From assembly GCA_964016885.1 (NCBI GenBank), contig OZ024742.1, positions 190,340,001 through 190,404,000 on the forward strand: 64,000 bases of DNA, in the 5' to 3' direction. The notes beneath the pieces were generated by a model, which saw only the letters and a list, made by a program, of their open reading frames with translations, had not been told where the DNA came from and searched no databases. This document shows positions 41,833 to 56,569 of this stretch, piece after piece. Positions within the stretch are counted from its first letter, which is position 1. The number at the start of each line of letters is the position of its first letter. A program made the position numbers and the translations under genes. This DNA is from Eledone cirrhosa. Taxonomy: Eukaryota.

Positions 41833-42010
41833 TTTAGAACTATCGTCCATAATCTGATTAAACTACAATTGGATTAACAAGAGATTCTAGAATATTCGAA
41901 AATATACGCCACTCCTTCATACGCTTCATCTGAAACGAAGCAAACAAAAACATGCGTAGCTGATGGAATTGTTTCGCTGAACTTAACGTACCGCCGCCAT
42001 TTTCAGAAAA
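41833..42010 (-). promoter_or_regulatory. Candidate 5' end or first exon(s) of a host transcript
   Basis: Minus strand has AAAATGGCGGCG (YY1-like), a GTACGT..TTTCAG mini-intron, then ATGGACGATAGTTCTAAA|GTAAGT donor. Confidence 0.3.
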
Positions 42011-42239
42011 CTAATTTTGATATGGCGGTACTTAATTCATTTCATAGGTTTTTTAGTTGCTGTTGTTGTTGTTGTTGTTGGTGGTGGTGGTGATGTAGCA
42101 TATAGTGGTTGTTGTTGTGTTGGTGGTCGATTTGTTTTTCTATTATAATGCACTGCAATTGCGATATGTGCAACATGCAAGGGAGAAGAAAACAACCTGT
42201 TACTTCAAATACTATATTCATGCATTTATATATATATAT

Positions 42240-42396
42240 ATATATACATACATCGGTGTATGTGTATATGTGTGTGGTGGTGCCAATGTGTATGTATGTT
42301 TGTGTATATATATGTTTGTGTATATATATATGGATATATATATATATATACACAAACATACATACATACACAGGGGTGCACGCACATATATAAACT

Positions 42397-42455
<59 letters not shown>

Positions 42456-42507
42456 GTGGAAGAGAAGAAAACATACCTGTTACTAAAAATATGATATATA
42501 TAGTATA

Positions 42508-42585
<78 letters not shown>

Positions 42586-42739
42586 AATACATACAAAGAT
42601 ACATACATAGATGCATATATGTATATATATCTATATATATCTATATATATCTATATATATATACATATATATATACATATATGCATCTATGTATGTATGT
42701 ATCTTTGTATGTATACGTACATACATACATACATATATG

Positions 42740-42778
<39 letters not shown>

Positions 42779-42958
42779 TTGTCTGTGTGTGAGTTTATAT
42801 ATGTGCCTGCACCCCTGTGTATGTATGTATGTTTGTGTATATATATATCCATATATATATATACACAAACATATATATACACAAACATACATACACATAG
42901 GCACCACCACACACACATACACATACACCGATGTATGTATATATATATATATATATAT
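42240..42958. repeat. Inverted duplication of a ~190-bp microsatellite-rich segment
   Basis: CATCGGTGTATG..GGTGGTGCC..CAGGGGTGCA (42250-42400) is mirrored at 42790-42935. Confidence 0.8.
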
Positions 42959-43660
42959 ACAGTGTGTCTAGCAAAAAAAAATATATACACATATTTATTA
43001 GAATGCTGTTAAAATTTGTATACATTTTTCGGGGACACCCTTTATATATTTACAGATATATATATATATTTAAATCTGTACATGTGATGGGGTGTAACCT
43101 ACTTGCTACTTAAACTATACATATATGTACATAGACAGGTAGATGGGGAATGAGCTTGTTTTGATTAAACAAATATCTGGAAAGTAAGTTAATCAATTCA
43201 ATGTTAAGATATTCGCACTTCCCTATCTCATGTCTGATTAATAAAAGTTTCTTATATATTTCTTTTACTTTGAGAAGTTAAAGAGTGCTCGACGTTATTA
43301 CTTTAAATTTAGTCATCTTTAGAGAAGCCAGCATGAAGTAGCATACTAGAGTGTTAGTATATGTCTATACATATACATACATCCATACACATATATAGAT
43401 GCCCATTGATGCAGACTTATAAACTCCCTCACACATGCACACACACAAGCAAATATATATATATATATACAAGCAAATTATAAATGTAAACATGTAAGTA
43501 TGTTTTTGAAAGGGTGCGCGAGTTTGAAAATTAGAAATTAGAAATTATAAGCCTTCACCGCACTTTAGACTAAAGAAATTTCTAGCCTGATAGTGGGGTT
43601 TATAAACCGAGGGTTATAAACCCCACTATCAGGCTAGAAACCCCATATATATATATATAT

Positions 43661-44265
43661 ATGGTGGCTAACAACTCGTTTTCGAGTACGGCCACTACTT
43701 TATATCCATGTAGGAGAACCCCTAACGATACACTGAACGAGTGTGACTTTAGTCCAGCCAGCGACTTGAAAACTGTGGTACAAACACTACACTTGTGACA
43801 ATTATTAACACATAGTGCTGGGCCCATGGTACCATGTGATGACAAGTGAAGAGAGATCTCCAGATATAAAGCAATGCCTGTGCCGTGAAGCATTTATAGT
43901 GAGCAAAGGCACTGCACAAAGCCAGTCCCACTCTCTTAACCAAGATGATATTTACCAAAAAGAAGAACAAGTCAACATCATTGGATACCATCAGGGTTGC
44001 AGGTGTTATATCAGAGTTTTCCTTCTCCTAGAATTATGCCTTGACAAAGGCTAAGGGGTCATCTCTCCCGATGATTTTGGATGGCCATTGACTCTTAAGA
44101 GCTCTTTTGGCCTTTGACAGGTTTTTTTTTTTGTCCCGCAGGATGTCCAAAGTCACCCTCCTCACCAAGAAACCTTGGTGGGGTTGCCAGTTTAGTCGCC
44201 AACGACCCGACCATGAGACAGGTTGTACTGGGATACATGTTACCAGTAGCACCAACTGGTGACCT

Positions 44266-44268
<3 letters not shown>
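43661..44268 (-). mobile_element. Non-autonomous bipartite RTE-derived retroelement, copy 3
   Basis: Colinear with 455-1063; inserted in (TA)n. Confidence 0.78.
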
Positions 44269-44312
<44 letters not shown>

Positions 44313-44314
<2 letters not shown>

Positions 44315-44511
44315 GACGAGGGAAATGTGGTAAGGAACCAGGTGGACCATAACGCACCAAAGTACTCAATACTTGGGGTGGTAGAGTGGGTAATAGGAAC
44401 CAGTAAGACCCCGACGGCTGAGCTCAAGCCGTTTCGACGGCTAATTCTGGACTAATTCAGAATTAGCCGTCGAAACGGCTTGAGCTCAGCCGTCGGGGTC
44501 TTACTGGTTCC

Positions 44512-44512
<1 letters not shown>
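44313..44512. mobile_element. Half-hammerhead fold-back element
   Basis: Palindrome 44393-44513 with an extra ~80-bp tail on the left. Confidence 0.75.
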
Positions 44513-44542
<30 letters not shown>

Positions 44543-44699
44543 GTATATATATGTATATGTATATATATATATATGTATATATATGTATGTATATATATGT
44601 ATATATATGTATATATATGTATGTATATATATATGTACACGTATATATCACACATATATATATATATATCAGATATATATATACATATATACATATATA

Positions 44700-44777
44700 C
44701 AGGGAGGGGCATAAAGATGTCCCACATTTTGAAGGTATATAAAAAAGAATGTGGGAGGTATTTATGCCCCAACCCTG
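44700..44777. mobile_element. Tc1/mariner-like mini-MITE
   Basis: TA|CAGGGAGGGGCATAAAGAT..CCCACATT / AATGTGGG..TTTATGCCCCAACCCTG|TA terminal inverted repeats. Confidence 0.7.
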
Positions 44778-45245
44778 TATATATAAATATATATGTATAT
44801 AAACTTGAAATATATGTTTATATAAACATGTACACATACATATATACATATAAATATATGTAATATATTAATACATGTAATATTATATATATATGTGTGT
44901 GTGCGAGCATGTGAAAGAGGGAGACAGTGACAGATTTTCTGGTACAAGGATCAAGGGAAATAATTTGTATTATAGTTGGTTGTCTTTTAGTAGGGGACAT
45001 AATTAATTATGCAGTAAACTGGAGAAAAACTGAAGTAGTTTCAACTTATTTTTTTCGTTTGATCTTTTCGATTTGTTAAAATTCATATCTGATTAATAGG
45101 ATTCAGTTATGTATTTATCTCATCTAGTCTTTTCTCTATTTTTCTCTCTCCTTCCACATCACTTTAACTGACACATTCTTTCTTTCTTTTTTTCTCCCTC
45201 CTTTCTCTCTTTATATATATATGTATCTATATATATCTATATAAA

Positions 45246-45292
<47 letters not shown>

Positions 45293-45367
45293 CTCTCTCT
45301 CTCACTCTCTCTCTTTATATATATATATGTATATCTATCTATATCTATTATCTATCTATCTATCTCA

Positions 45368-45448
<81 letters not shown>

Positions 45449-45477
45449 AACATATATATATATATACACACACAAAC

Positions 45478-45557
<80 letters not shown>

Positions 45558-45991
45558 TTAAAAGAATAGAGGTGTAACACACGAGTTGTGATATATTGGT
45601 AAAAGGAAAAGAAAAATAGTTTAATTAGGAATAAGTAAAAATTAGTAATAAGTATTGGTTAGTATTAAGTTTTAGTTTTAAGTCTTTACCGGTTGCGCAT
45701 TTCTAATGCTTTTCAAAAATAATTTTGAGATAGAGCGCCCGTGATGTTTGCTCTAATCTGATCAGTTTTGGAAATTCTACCTGTTTTATGTGAAAAAAGT
45801 GGCTCCAGAGTATTAAAATAAGTTTAGCGCCAATTCGTGTTGCAAAAATTATTGTGGTCAAAACAGTTTTGATTGGTCGGTAGAGGTCACGTGAATGTTA
45901 AAAATTGATTTTGTGCCAAATGTAGGTTTGTCGAAGAGTGTCTTTTTTAGCCTGATTGAGAAGTCACTGAAAAATAAGTCTTTTAAGACAA

Positions 45992-46023
<32 letters not shown>

Positions 46024-46119
46024 TAAAGAGGTTCATTGTTGTGATAAGGGTCAGTAGGGATGTGTGTGTGAATTGCAGTCATGTTGACAGGTCAACAGTT
46101 CAGGTGCCTATTAAGACAA

Positions 46120-46219
<100 letters not shown>

Positions 46220-46587
46220 CAGAGTAATTCGTGGTAGAGGGATCGGTCAGTAGGAATGTGTCTGTACGTGTGTGGGGGATATTTTAACATGTTGAAAGCT
46301 ATTTTTCAGCTCTTGTCTTATACGGAGAAGTGTGTGTGTATATGTCTCTTTGTATGTTAGTGTACGCGTGTGTATGTGTGTGTATATATATGTGTGTGTG
46401 TGGGTGTGTATATATGTGTGTATGTGTGCGCGTGTGTGTGTGGTTGTGTGTGTGTGTGGGTGGACCAGTATTTTTGTGATAGTGGTAAAAATGGTGTACA
46501 TTATTCGATATTTTCAACAAAAACGATTCTCTCAAGAGAACATCAAAAACATTAATAATAAAAGGTGTGAAATGATATATAGTATTC

Positions 46588-46932
46588 TATTTCAAAGAAG
46601 GACAACGTTTTATAGTAAAACACAATTTCACATGCGCATCAGAAAATCTAATATATGTATTAACTTGCTCAGGTTGTCAAGAACAATACATAGGCCAGAC
46701 CAACAACAGCCTCCGCCAACGCATGACTGTCCATAGATCCCAAATTAAAATATGGGAATACAGGAAAATACCACTGAGTGAACACATTGATACCTGTGCC
46801 GCCCCAAATCATCCCAACTTCAGAATCTTTCCTCTCTACAAACTTAAAGATAATGCCACCCACACCCAGCGCATCAGCAAGGAATCTCACTTTATTAACA
46901 AATACGGACCCCGTCTAAACACTTCTCCCTAA
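46588..46932 (+). pseudogene. PLE GIY-YIG endonuclease domain (Neptune-like), open but 5' truncated
   Basis: HNFTCASENLIYVLTCSGCQEQYIGQTNNSLRQRMTVHRSQI..SEHIDTC..RISKESHFINKYGPRLN. Confidence 0.88.
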
Positions 46933-47608
46933 GACGAACCCACAACATACACACGCCAACATACATACCTACATCAGCATACATCCTACATACATCTCTA
47001 TCCACATATAACCACAATGACATACGTAAACACACATGTTCTATGGTGCAACACAAATATACACAAATTTGCATACCTTTTGATGTCTATAGATATAAAC
47101 GTGCCGACATACACACATACATATACGCACACATGCATTGCACACTGATGGGCACATACATATTTGTACACAAGTATTCCAATACGGCAGGGCCTAATGG
47201 ATTCCCTTTGCAGTAGCTACAATCTGGACACACACTCAAACACACCTTGGTGTTATGACAATACTATATATATCATTTCACACCTTTTATTATTAATGTT
47301 TTTAATGTTCTCTTGAGAGAATCGTTTTTGCTGAAAATATCGAATAATTTACACCATTTTTACCAGTATCATAAAAATACTGGTCACCCCTCTCCTCCCC
47401 ACACATACACACATACACACACACACATATATACCCACACACATACACACGCGTACACTAACATGCAAAGAGACATATACACACACACACACACACACTT
47501 CTCCGTATAAGACAAGAGCTGAAAAATATCTTTCAACATGTTAAAATATCCCTCACACACGTACAGACACATTCCTGCTGACCGATCCCTCGATCACGAA
47601 TTACTCTG

Positions 47609-47658
<50 letters not shown>

Positions 47659-48087
47659 TTGTCATATTTGTCTTAATAGGCACCTGAACTGTTGACCTGT
47701 CAACATGACTGCAATTCACACACACATCCCTACTGACCATTATCACAACAAAGAACCTCTTTACTACACACACACTCACACACACACACACACATAACAC
47801 ACACACACACATATTTGTCTTAAAAGACCTATTTTTCAGTGACTTCTCAATCAGGCTAAAAAAGACACTCTTCGACAAACCTTCATTTGGCGCAAAATCA
47901 ATTTTTAACATTCACGTGACCTCTACCGACCAATCAAAACTGTTTTGACCACAAGAATTTTTGCAACACGAATTGGCGCGAAACTTATTTTAATACCTCT
48001 GGAGCCACTTTTTTCACATAAAACAGGTAGAATTTCCAAAACTGATCAGATTAGAGCAAACATCACGGGCGCTCTATCTCAAAATTA

Positions 48088-48123
48088 TTTTTGAAAAGCA
48101 TTAGAAATGCGCAACCGGTAAAA
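48088..48123 (+). ncRNA. Minimal hammerhead-like motif, U3-A8 core with A13C (mirror copy at 45685-45719, minus strand)
   Basis: TTT-TTGAAAA-GCATT AGA AATGC-GCAA CCGG TA-AAA. Confidence 0.55.
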
Positions 48124-48291
48124 ACTTAAGACTAAAACTGAATACTAACCAATACTTATTACTAATTTTTACTTATTCCTAATTAAACAATTTTCACTGG
48201 GAACAATTTGTCAGCATTTTCTTTTCCTTTTACCAATATATGTAAACACTGCAACGCAGAGAAAAACATTAGCGTAACCAAATTATCAGTT

Positions 48292-48935
48292 ATGTCTGTC
48301 TGCACGCCTATATTACCTCTCTGAACGACTGTCTGTCTGCACGCCTATATCACCTCTCTGCACGACTATCTGTCTGCACGCCTATATCACCTCTCTGCAC
48401 GACTGTCTGTCTGCACGCGTATATCACCTCTCTGCACGACTGTCTGTCTGCACGACTGTCTGTCTGCACGCCTAACGACGAAATATTTGCTTGTTTTACG
48501 TAGTCTTTAAATAGACTTGTTTTCAAGTAAAAATATTGTTTTAAAATGCTTTTAAATGGAAATGAAGCAAAACGGAAACTTATTGTTCGAACTGATGAAT
48601 TTTGCAGGTCAATATTTTGCTGGCTCGACAACTGTTCGTGTATTGTGTTAATGTCATTTTAAACGCTGAGAAAGCCAGCGTAATTTTTTACGTAAGACGC
48701 TGAATGTAAACAGAACAAAGGGAAATAACTGATAACTTACGCTCAAAAATCGATACATTATATTCGATTTCGTCACATAGGGTGGGTCAATTTGAAATAT
48801 GTTTTTTCCGATGTCTTCGCTAGGGCTCAATGTACAAGTATAGCAATTTCGGTGCAATTCCGTCAGAGATTCTAAGAGGAGATGTGTGCCAAAAATCGAT
48901 AGACAGACAGACAAACACAGTTTTATATATATAGA
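48292..48935 (-). mobile_element. Helitron-like non-autonomous element 5' part with internal minisatellite
   Basis: Minus strand starts A|TCTATATATATAAAACTGTGTTTGTCTGTCTGTC..GGAATTGCACCGAAATT; TGTCTGCACG minisatellite at 48292-48472. Confidence 0.55.
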
Positions 48936-49101
48936 TTAACATATGAAAATGTTAAAGTACTTACAATTTCATCCATCAAATGAAACAGACAGAATTCTCC
49001 TATTTTGTTACACAAAAATCAGCCGGACTACAAAAAAACTGCACATTTAAGCTGGTACAGTGCTCTTTCGAATTCCGTGGAGAATCTGCTGGTCATCGAT
49101 T

Positions 49102-49132
<31 letters not shown>

Positions 49133-49928
49133 ACCTGGATATTTACCTACACCTTGTAACTGCTCTATTTTACCATCCTGTCCAGCCAGTGGATTACTCA
49201 CGGACCTCGAATATTTGGATATATATATTTTGTCAGGTCAGGCTTCTGCCTGCTACTGATGCCATGTAACTCAGTCCTACTTGCTTCATGGCCGACTGGT
49301 CAGCGACTAAGCCGGCTCCCCTATTACACCCTGTAGAGGGGTATATGAAGGCATATTGGATACTTTTACGTATAATAAACAACAGCTGTCGCAGTAGCCG
49401 GAGAGAATGTCAGACTGGTATTTCTGGATTTTTATCCGTTATCGTTAACATTCAGCCACTACTGATATAAGAAGACAAGAATAAGGCAAAACCTTTATGC
49501 TTTTTGCGTATGAATCATCGGCCAGATAGGTACACACTCGTATAGTGTAAATAAAACATGGGCGGCAGATGTTCGATTTTGAAGCACGCTGTGTGAGTTC
49601 TACTGTTAATTAATCCTAGTTGTTCAAGTTCGCATTATCCGAAAATAAGAACCTCCATGGTATAATGCGATCCCTTATTTTGAAATATATGTAAAATGAT
49701 ATAATATTTAATCCTACTTTATTCACGGTTTTATTCCTTTGTTTTGAAATTAAATTGTACTGGCTTTACTAAAACAATTTACACTACACATTTTAAATGA
49801 TTTAGCAAATCCCTTTTTTTTTTTATTTTGTCGTATCTCGAATTGCAGGTTTTATTATCTAAACACAGTTGTATTGGACCCCCCCCCCTCTCTCTCCCTT
49901 TCTCCCTGTCTCCCTTTCTCCCTTTCTC

Positions 49929-50001
<73 letters not shown>

Positions 50002-50054
50002 GCGCGAAGAAATCCTATGATTCCTGTGTGTGGGGGGGGGAGGGAGGAGAGAGA

Positions 50055-50205
50055 GATAGGAAAAGAGTCAGGAACCCCGACGGCTTAGCTCCGGCCGTTT
50101 CGATAGCTAGATCCGATCTAGCTGTCGAAATAGCCGGAGCTCAGCCGTCGGGGTTCTGACTCTGGTGCGTTATGGTCCACCTGGTATCTTACCACAACCT
50201 CTCTG
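50055..50205. mobile_element. Half-hammerhead fold-back element (divergent subfamily)
   Basis: GAACCCCGACGGCT..CCGTTTCGATAGCTAGATC C GATCTAGCTGTCGAAA..GCCGTCGGGGTTC plus the shared tail CTCTGGTGCGTTATGGTCC. Confidence 0.72.
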
Positions 50206-50228
50206 TTCTCTCTCTCTCTCTCTCTCTC

Positions 50229-50301
<73 letters not shown>

Positions 50302-50959
50302 TGAGCCACATCGTGAAAAGTTGGCAAAACACATATATACCTGTGACTTTGTTTAATTGGTGTATGTGTAAATATTTATATTTTATATTTAATAATCTCC
50401 CATAAGGTTGAGATAAAATTTGGGCGATATTGGGCTGCGCTTTCTAGCAACCAACCCACTCGCCGTAAGCAACCAATCACACCCTTCCTGACTTGACCAC
50501 TGTCACGTCACAGTTCGTAACCATTTTGAATTCGTGTTTGGCGGGGGCCACTTCGGAAAATAATATGTCCTAGAGAGTTTGTCCCATGAAGAGCTCTAAA
50601 ACTCGAGTATTATCCTTAATAAAGTATCTCAAAAGTGAGCGAAACCGAAGGGTCGGATTTAGTGATTTAATCCTGGTATGTATATATAAGCATTTCTAAC
50701 ATTAATTTTTACCTAATTATGTATGGTTGACCGTATATTTAATTAATTTCCACGTGCTGTTGAAATGTTGGGTAGATATTCCATAGCGGTTGTGTGCGAA
50801 GACGCCGCTGTGGCGTATTTATTTACTGTTTCTTCATAGATGCCTTTTATTCTTATAGCCTGGTCTAGTTCATTTTTTGTGTGGTTAATTATGGTGATTG
50901 GGAGTAGAGATGATGTATATATACTATCAAATAATTCTCTGGACATGATTTACTCTATA

Positions 50960-51032
<73 letters not shown>

Positions 51033-52659
51033 CGTATATATAATGAAAAGGTTACCGTTACCTTGTTGATGTTCTCTCGTAGATATATTAACAGAATGCC
51101 AGTAACGTTCCATTTTGTACTTTTATTTCTCTCTCTATGAAATATATCTTTGTTATATTTTTTATTGTTATCGTTATTGTTATTGTCATTGTTATTATTA
51201 TTATTGTTATTATTATTATTATGATGATCATAATCATCATTATTGTTATTGGAAACAGGGTATTAGAAATTTAATGACCACTTTGCGCTGTTTGATAATT
51301 CTGGAATCTTTGTGAAGTTCCTCGTCTTTGATATCATCGATTTCTCATAGTCAATTATTTTCTTTCTTTGCCAATATTTCCAGTATTTTTATCTCCCCAC
51401 CCTTTTTTTTTCTCAATCATATTCCTACAAATCTCCAAACAGCACAAATTCAAATGAGAGCGCAACAAAAAAACGTCTCTTGTGTTTATTCCATCATAAA
51501 ATAAACCACAAATCTATATTTCTTAATGTTAGATTTTTCTTATGGCTTGGTTTTTCAGGGACTACAGTCGGAAAATGAACAGCTTAGTGGTTATGGTGGT
51601 GGTATTATAACCCTAATGTCGTGGTTTCGATTCACTTCCGGAAACGTCGTCTTTGATTTTGACGCTTCGCTTCTCGTTTCTTCAGTTCAATCAGTTGAAA
51701 ACAAAGACCAGCAACTGGTAGGAATTAAACCTGCGTTGATCTGGTGTCCTATTCGTTACGATGTTCTCTGCTCTCAGTAACTAAAACTGGAATATCTAGA
51801 TTTGGAATAAATTTTAACTTTAAGGTGAAACATATTTCCCATTGCTAGCCAGACTACTACCAGATATGACACTGGTGCGACGGCTGCCACAAAGATTAGG
51901 GATAATAAATTTTCAAGGGGATTCCTTAAAGGTTTTCGTATGATATCATCCCATTTTAGTGTTGGAAAAGCCATCCACTGCTACTCAGGCTGAAGTTTGG
52001 AGACTGGCAACGTACCGGCCTCTCTCCGGTAGGTTTAACTTCAATCCCATAATGGTGGAATTATATGGTATCCTGCCTCCCCGAGACATCTCTCTAGTTA
52101 CTCCAATCAGAATGGAGTATGATATCTGCGAGAAGGAGGCTCTCGAGCTGGACTGGCTCTTTCATCTAATCTCTCTTGCTCCTCTCAGAAGTAACGCATT
52201 TAATATTCTCTCTGTCGAGACCATGAAGCCACATCGACAGTACATCTTGCAAAGAACATGAGACTACAAGATCATATACATTTATACATTGTTCTATTCC
52301 AAAGAAAAGATGTTCAATTGTTGTTGCTTTGTTTTTGTTATCCATCTCAGTGTCAACCATACATTTACTACAATCAACATAGCTTTAGGCTTCATTCCCT
52401 ACTATCCATTTAAATATATACAACAATACTATAAAAAAAACAACGAAACTTGTATGTTATTTTAGTCAGAAAATGTCAAAATTTCCTAACAGTGTATGAA
52501 CATCAATATAATGATTTGAATGAAACTCTGGCTCTCTTCCAGTAGAATGGTTACAATAGCAACATCCTCAAAATAGACATCTACTGAAGATCATAAAGAC
52601 ACATACTGATTTGTCTAAAGAAAATGTTATAAAAGATTTAAATTTAGAAACGAGACTAC

Positions 52660-52694
<35 letters not shown>

Positions 52695-53087
52695 AAACAA
52701 CCCCAAACCTTGAAATTTGCGTTGGGGAATGTTTTTTAATTATCACTATGTCTTTTGTTGTTATTATTTTTTATGCTGTTTGAGTTCAAATCCCACCGAG
52801 GTTGGCTTTACCGTCCATCCTTAAGAGGTCGGTAAAATAAAGTACCAGTAACGGACGGGGGTCGATTTAATCGACTCCCACCAAAAAGAAATAGCTGGCC
52901 TTGGGCTTAAATCAGAAACCATTATTGTTGATATTGCTGTTGATGTTGTTGGCGGTGTTCATTGCGGCTGTTATCGTGGTCGAAGTGGGTGTTGTTAGAG
53001 ATGTTACATAAATATATATATGTATATATGTATATATACATACACACACATACAAACATATATATATATATATATACACACACACAT

Positions 53088-53121
<34 letters not shown>

Positions 53122-53909
53122 TTATCTAACATCTCTAACAACACCCATACACACACACATATATATATAATATATATATATTTATATGGTTGACGGTTGA
53201 GAGAAAAGAATACTCAATACGGAAATAGTGCTTTAATATTAACTATTATTGATTAAGGTTAAATAGTGAGTCTTATTACTCTGGATTTTCGCCTGTTTAT
53301 CAGAGCATCTTTATACTACACACGCATACGTGTAAACAAAATAGAAGAGAGGAAATATTATTGAGGAGTTTGTGTAAACAAGGAATAAATCTGTTTAAAT
53401 TCTTTTATTTATGATCCCTAAAGAACGATCTAAAATATAGTGCCTTAAGAGATTCCATGCCAAGTATTATAAATTTTATAAAATCAACATTTTCTCCATT
53501 TCTGTCTTTTTTATCATTTTTTTTTTCCTGATTTGTTGGTGCTTATATTTTCCGAGACTGCGATCTTTAAGTAACAAATCTAAACCAATATCAAATAAAT
53601 TTTCTTCGAACGGTTTTAATTTAGTTTGAAACTATCATTAATTTGCTGAATTGAATTTCCAACTTCACAAATTATCTCGTTTCCCAACACGCTCTCCATA
53701 ATCTAGATGAATTTCTTTTGAAAATGGTTAAAACTTAATTTCTCTAGAATTTCTACGCCGATGTTGATTTGATTTAAATTCATTGAAAATTTGATAGGAG
53801 AAAATAATACAGTATATTGTCAAATAGTAGAATATCATATATATATGTGTGTGTGTGTATGTGTATGTGTGTCTGTCTGTGTTATTTCTCTTGTTTCTGT
53901 TTGCCTTTA

Positions 53910-53943
<34 letters not shown>

Positions 53944-53977
53944 AAGGTAAACAGAAACAACAGCAATAACACAGACA

Positions 53978-54152
<175 letters not shown>

Positions 54153-54247
54153 GTGTGTATGCGTGTGTGTTAGACAGGTTTGTAACTACTGTTAATGGCA
54201 GCGCGCCGTTCGAAGCACTCAATGACGTTACAATTCTACTCTCTCTT

Positions 54248-54307
<60 letters not shown>

Positions 54308-55530
54308 TTATTTTCTCGTTTTTTTTTAAAGTTTGCGCCTAAGATATGTGCCGTCAGTTCCCAAAAGCGTGGCTGGTCCTACACAAGTCTTCACCTCTTA
54401 AAACAAAACTTTGTGTCGATAGTTCAACATCAGTTCACTTTCTCACATTTCCGCCAATCTTTTGCAGGCGGAGTCCGTAGGTGATGGGGATTGAAATGTC
54501 ACACGAGACACCGCCATCCAGAGAGCTGAACTTTTGTTGGACAGTCATACGTCGGATATCGACGGGAGAATCGATCATATATATATATATATATATATAT
54601 ATAGCTTCTGTTTCCATGTAACATTAAGTATCATGTGCAGAATCTCTGTATAATATCCCCTAATCCCCTTTTCTAATTACTTTGTCATGTTCCATGCTTC
54701 TCATCCATTCAAGAAACTAAATTTGCAGTTCACAATGTTCGACACCATGAGATACCATGTGATTTTATTCTGTGGGAAACATTAGACGGATATACAATAA
54801 AAAAAAAAAAAGGTAGAACAAAAATATATTACATTGACAATCTACTGGAAGATAATGGAGTGGATAATATAAGGAAGCTCAGAACGCTGAGGAAGTGCGT
54901 GTGACGCAGAGGATGATGACAATGTCGATGATGATGATAATAATGAGATTAACAAACGGTTCTCCATCGGTTTGACAATGAATTTTTTAAGCTGTTCTAT
55001 CAACGGAACAGCCTGCTCATAAAATGTAAGGGACTGAGCCTTCAAAAGACAAATGTCTTCAAAAGACACATGTCCCCTTAACATAATTTTGGAGTAAATT
55101 CAGCGTGAACTAGTGTGTGATAAAACTAGTAATTATCCTGCTAAACTTACACACCGTGATATTCCAAAATCATAATTTGCAGACTTTTTAACAACATCAC
55201 ATCATTCATTCTTCTTAAAGTTATTTATTTATTTATTTATTTATTTATTGTTCGACTTCCTTTCGTTTGTCCCTATGCATTTGTTATTTTATTCGATTTT
55301 AGCTTCGTTTCCCTATTTCGAAGTGTTTTTTTATGCAACAAATTGGATTCACTGTTTCTGTGGTGCGTGCTGCGGAAGACGAGGGAAATACTTGTTTACA
55401 AAAAAAGAAAGATGAGAAGGGAAAGTAAATTAATGCAACAAATATTAGAGAAATAATATATATATATGTGTATATATATTGTCGCACTACTGATTCTCCG
55501 ATTCTTATGTGATATATATATATATATATA

Positions 55531-55883
55531 TTAATTCAAAATATTAACAAAATAGATATTCTTGTGATCAAGTATATTTTACTATATATATTTCAGAGGT
55601 ACTGAGTTAAGTTCAACTACCATGGTAGTCTACCATGACTGAATCTTAACCATCTACTATGTCAGGGTATGTCATGCATCATCTTATTTTATCTGATGAG
55701 GACGTACTGTTGAACTTAACTCAGTACCTCTGAAATATGTATAATAAAATATACTTGATCACAGGAATATCTATTTTGTTAATATTTTGAATTAATATTA
55801 ATAACTCTGGAAAACCTACCTGATGAGTGCTTCCAATCTATTGTAAAACTCATTCTTTGATTTATTCATTGAACCTTGTATAA

Positions 55884-55885
<2 letters not shown>
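55531..55885 (+). mobile_element. Short PLE remnant with inverted pLTR and 3' tail
   Basis: 55531-55617 is the reverse complement of 55709-55797; same family as 21210-21360. Confidence 0.75.
55685..55751 (+). ncRNA. Minimal type I hammerhead ribozyme
   Basis: TATTTTAT-CTGATGA-GGACGTACTG..CAGTACCTCT-GAAA TATGT ATA-ATAAAATA. Confidence 0.8.
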
Positions 55886-55941
<56 letters not shown>

Positions 55942-55948
<7 letters not shown>

Positions 55949-56492
55949 GAAAACACAGGTAAGCATTAAGAGGAGGATTTTATCCAGGTATTTACGACCG
56001 TTTCATTGCTAATTGCAACCTTATATTGCTATACTGCAAATAGCAGCCACTCAATTATACTTGTTGTTCACGTCCAAATTTTCAAAATAGTGAGTAAGTT
56101 ACTCTTGAAATAGTTCTTAATATATAGAGAAAAACAAGTTACTCAATAATAAAATCGAAAGATCAATTTATTGTAACCATAGACTCAAAGAAAAGTTTTC
56201 GCACTACAAGTGCAAATCGAACCCTTAACCTCTTACTACCAACTGACAAACTGCATATACTTAGACTTTATACCCTCTTATTGTATCTAAACCCTTTTAA
56301 TTACCCACAAAAACCAATACCTATATCCCTCTCTTCTCCTTCATTCCTCTTCTATTTATTCGTTTTCTTCCTTCCTTCCCTCCCCTTTTTGGCTATCTTT
56401 TCTTTTCATCTTTCTCCCCCCTTCTCTGCTTTTATTTTTGTCATTATTATCTTTATCTTTATTTTTTATATATATATTTACTCTTTAAATCT

Positions 56493-56569
<77 letters not shown>

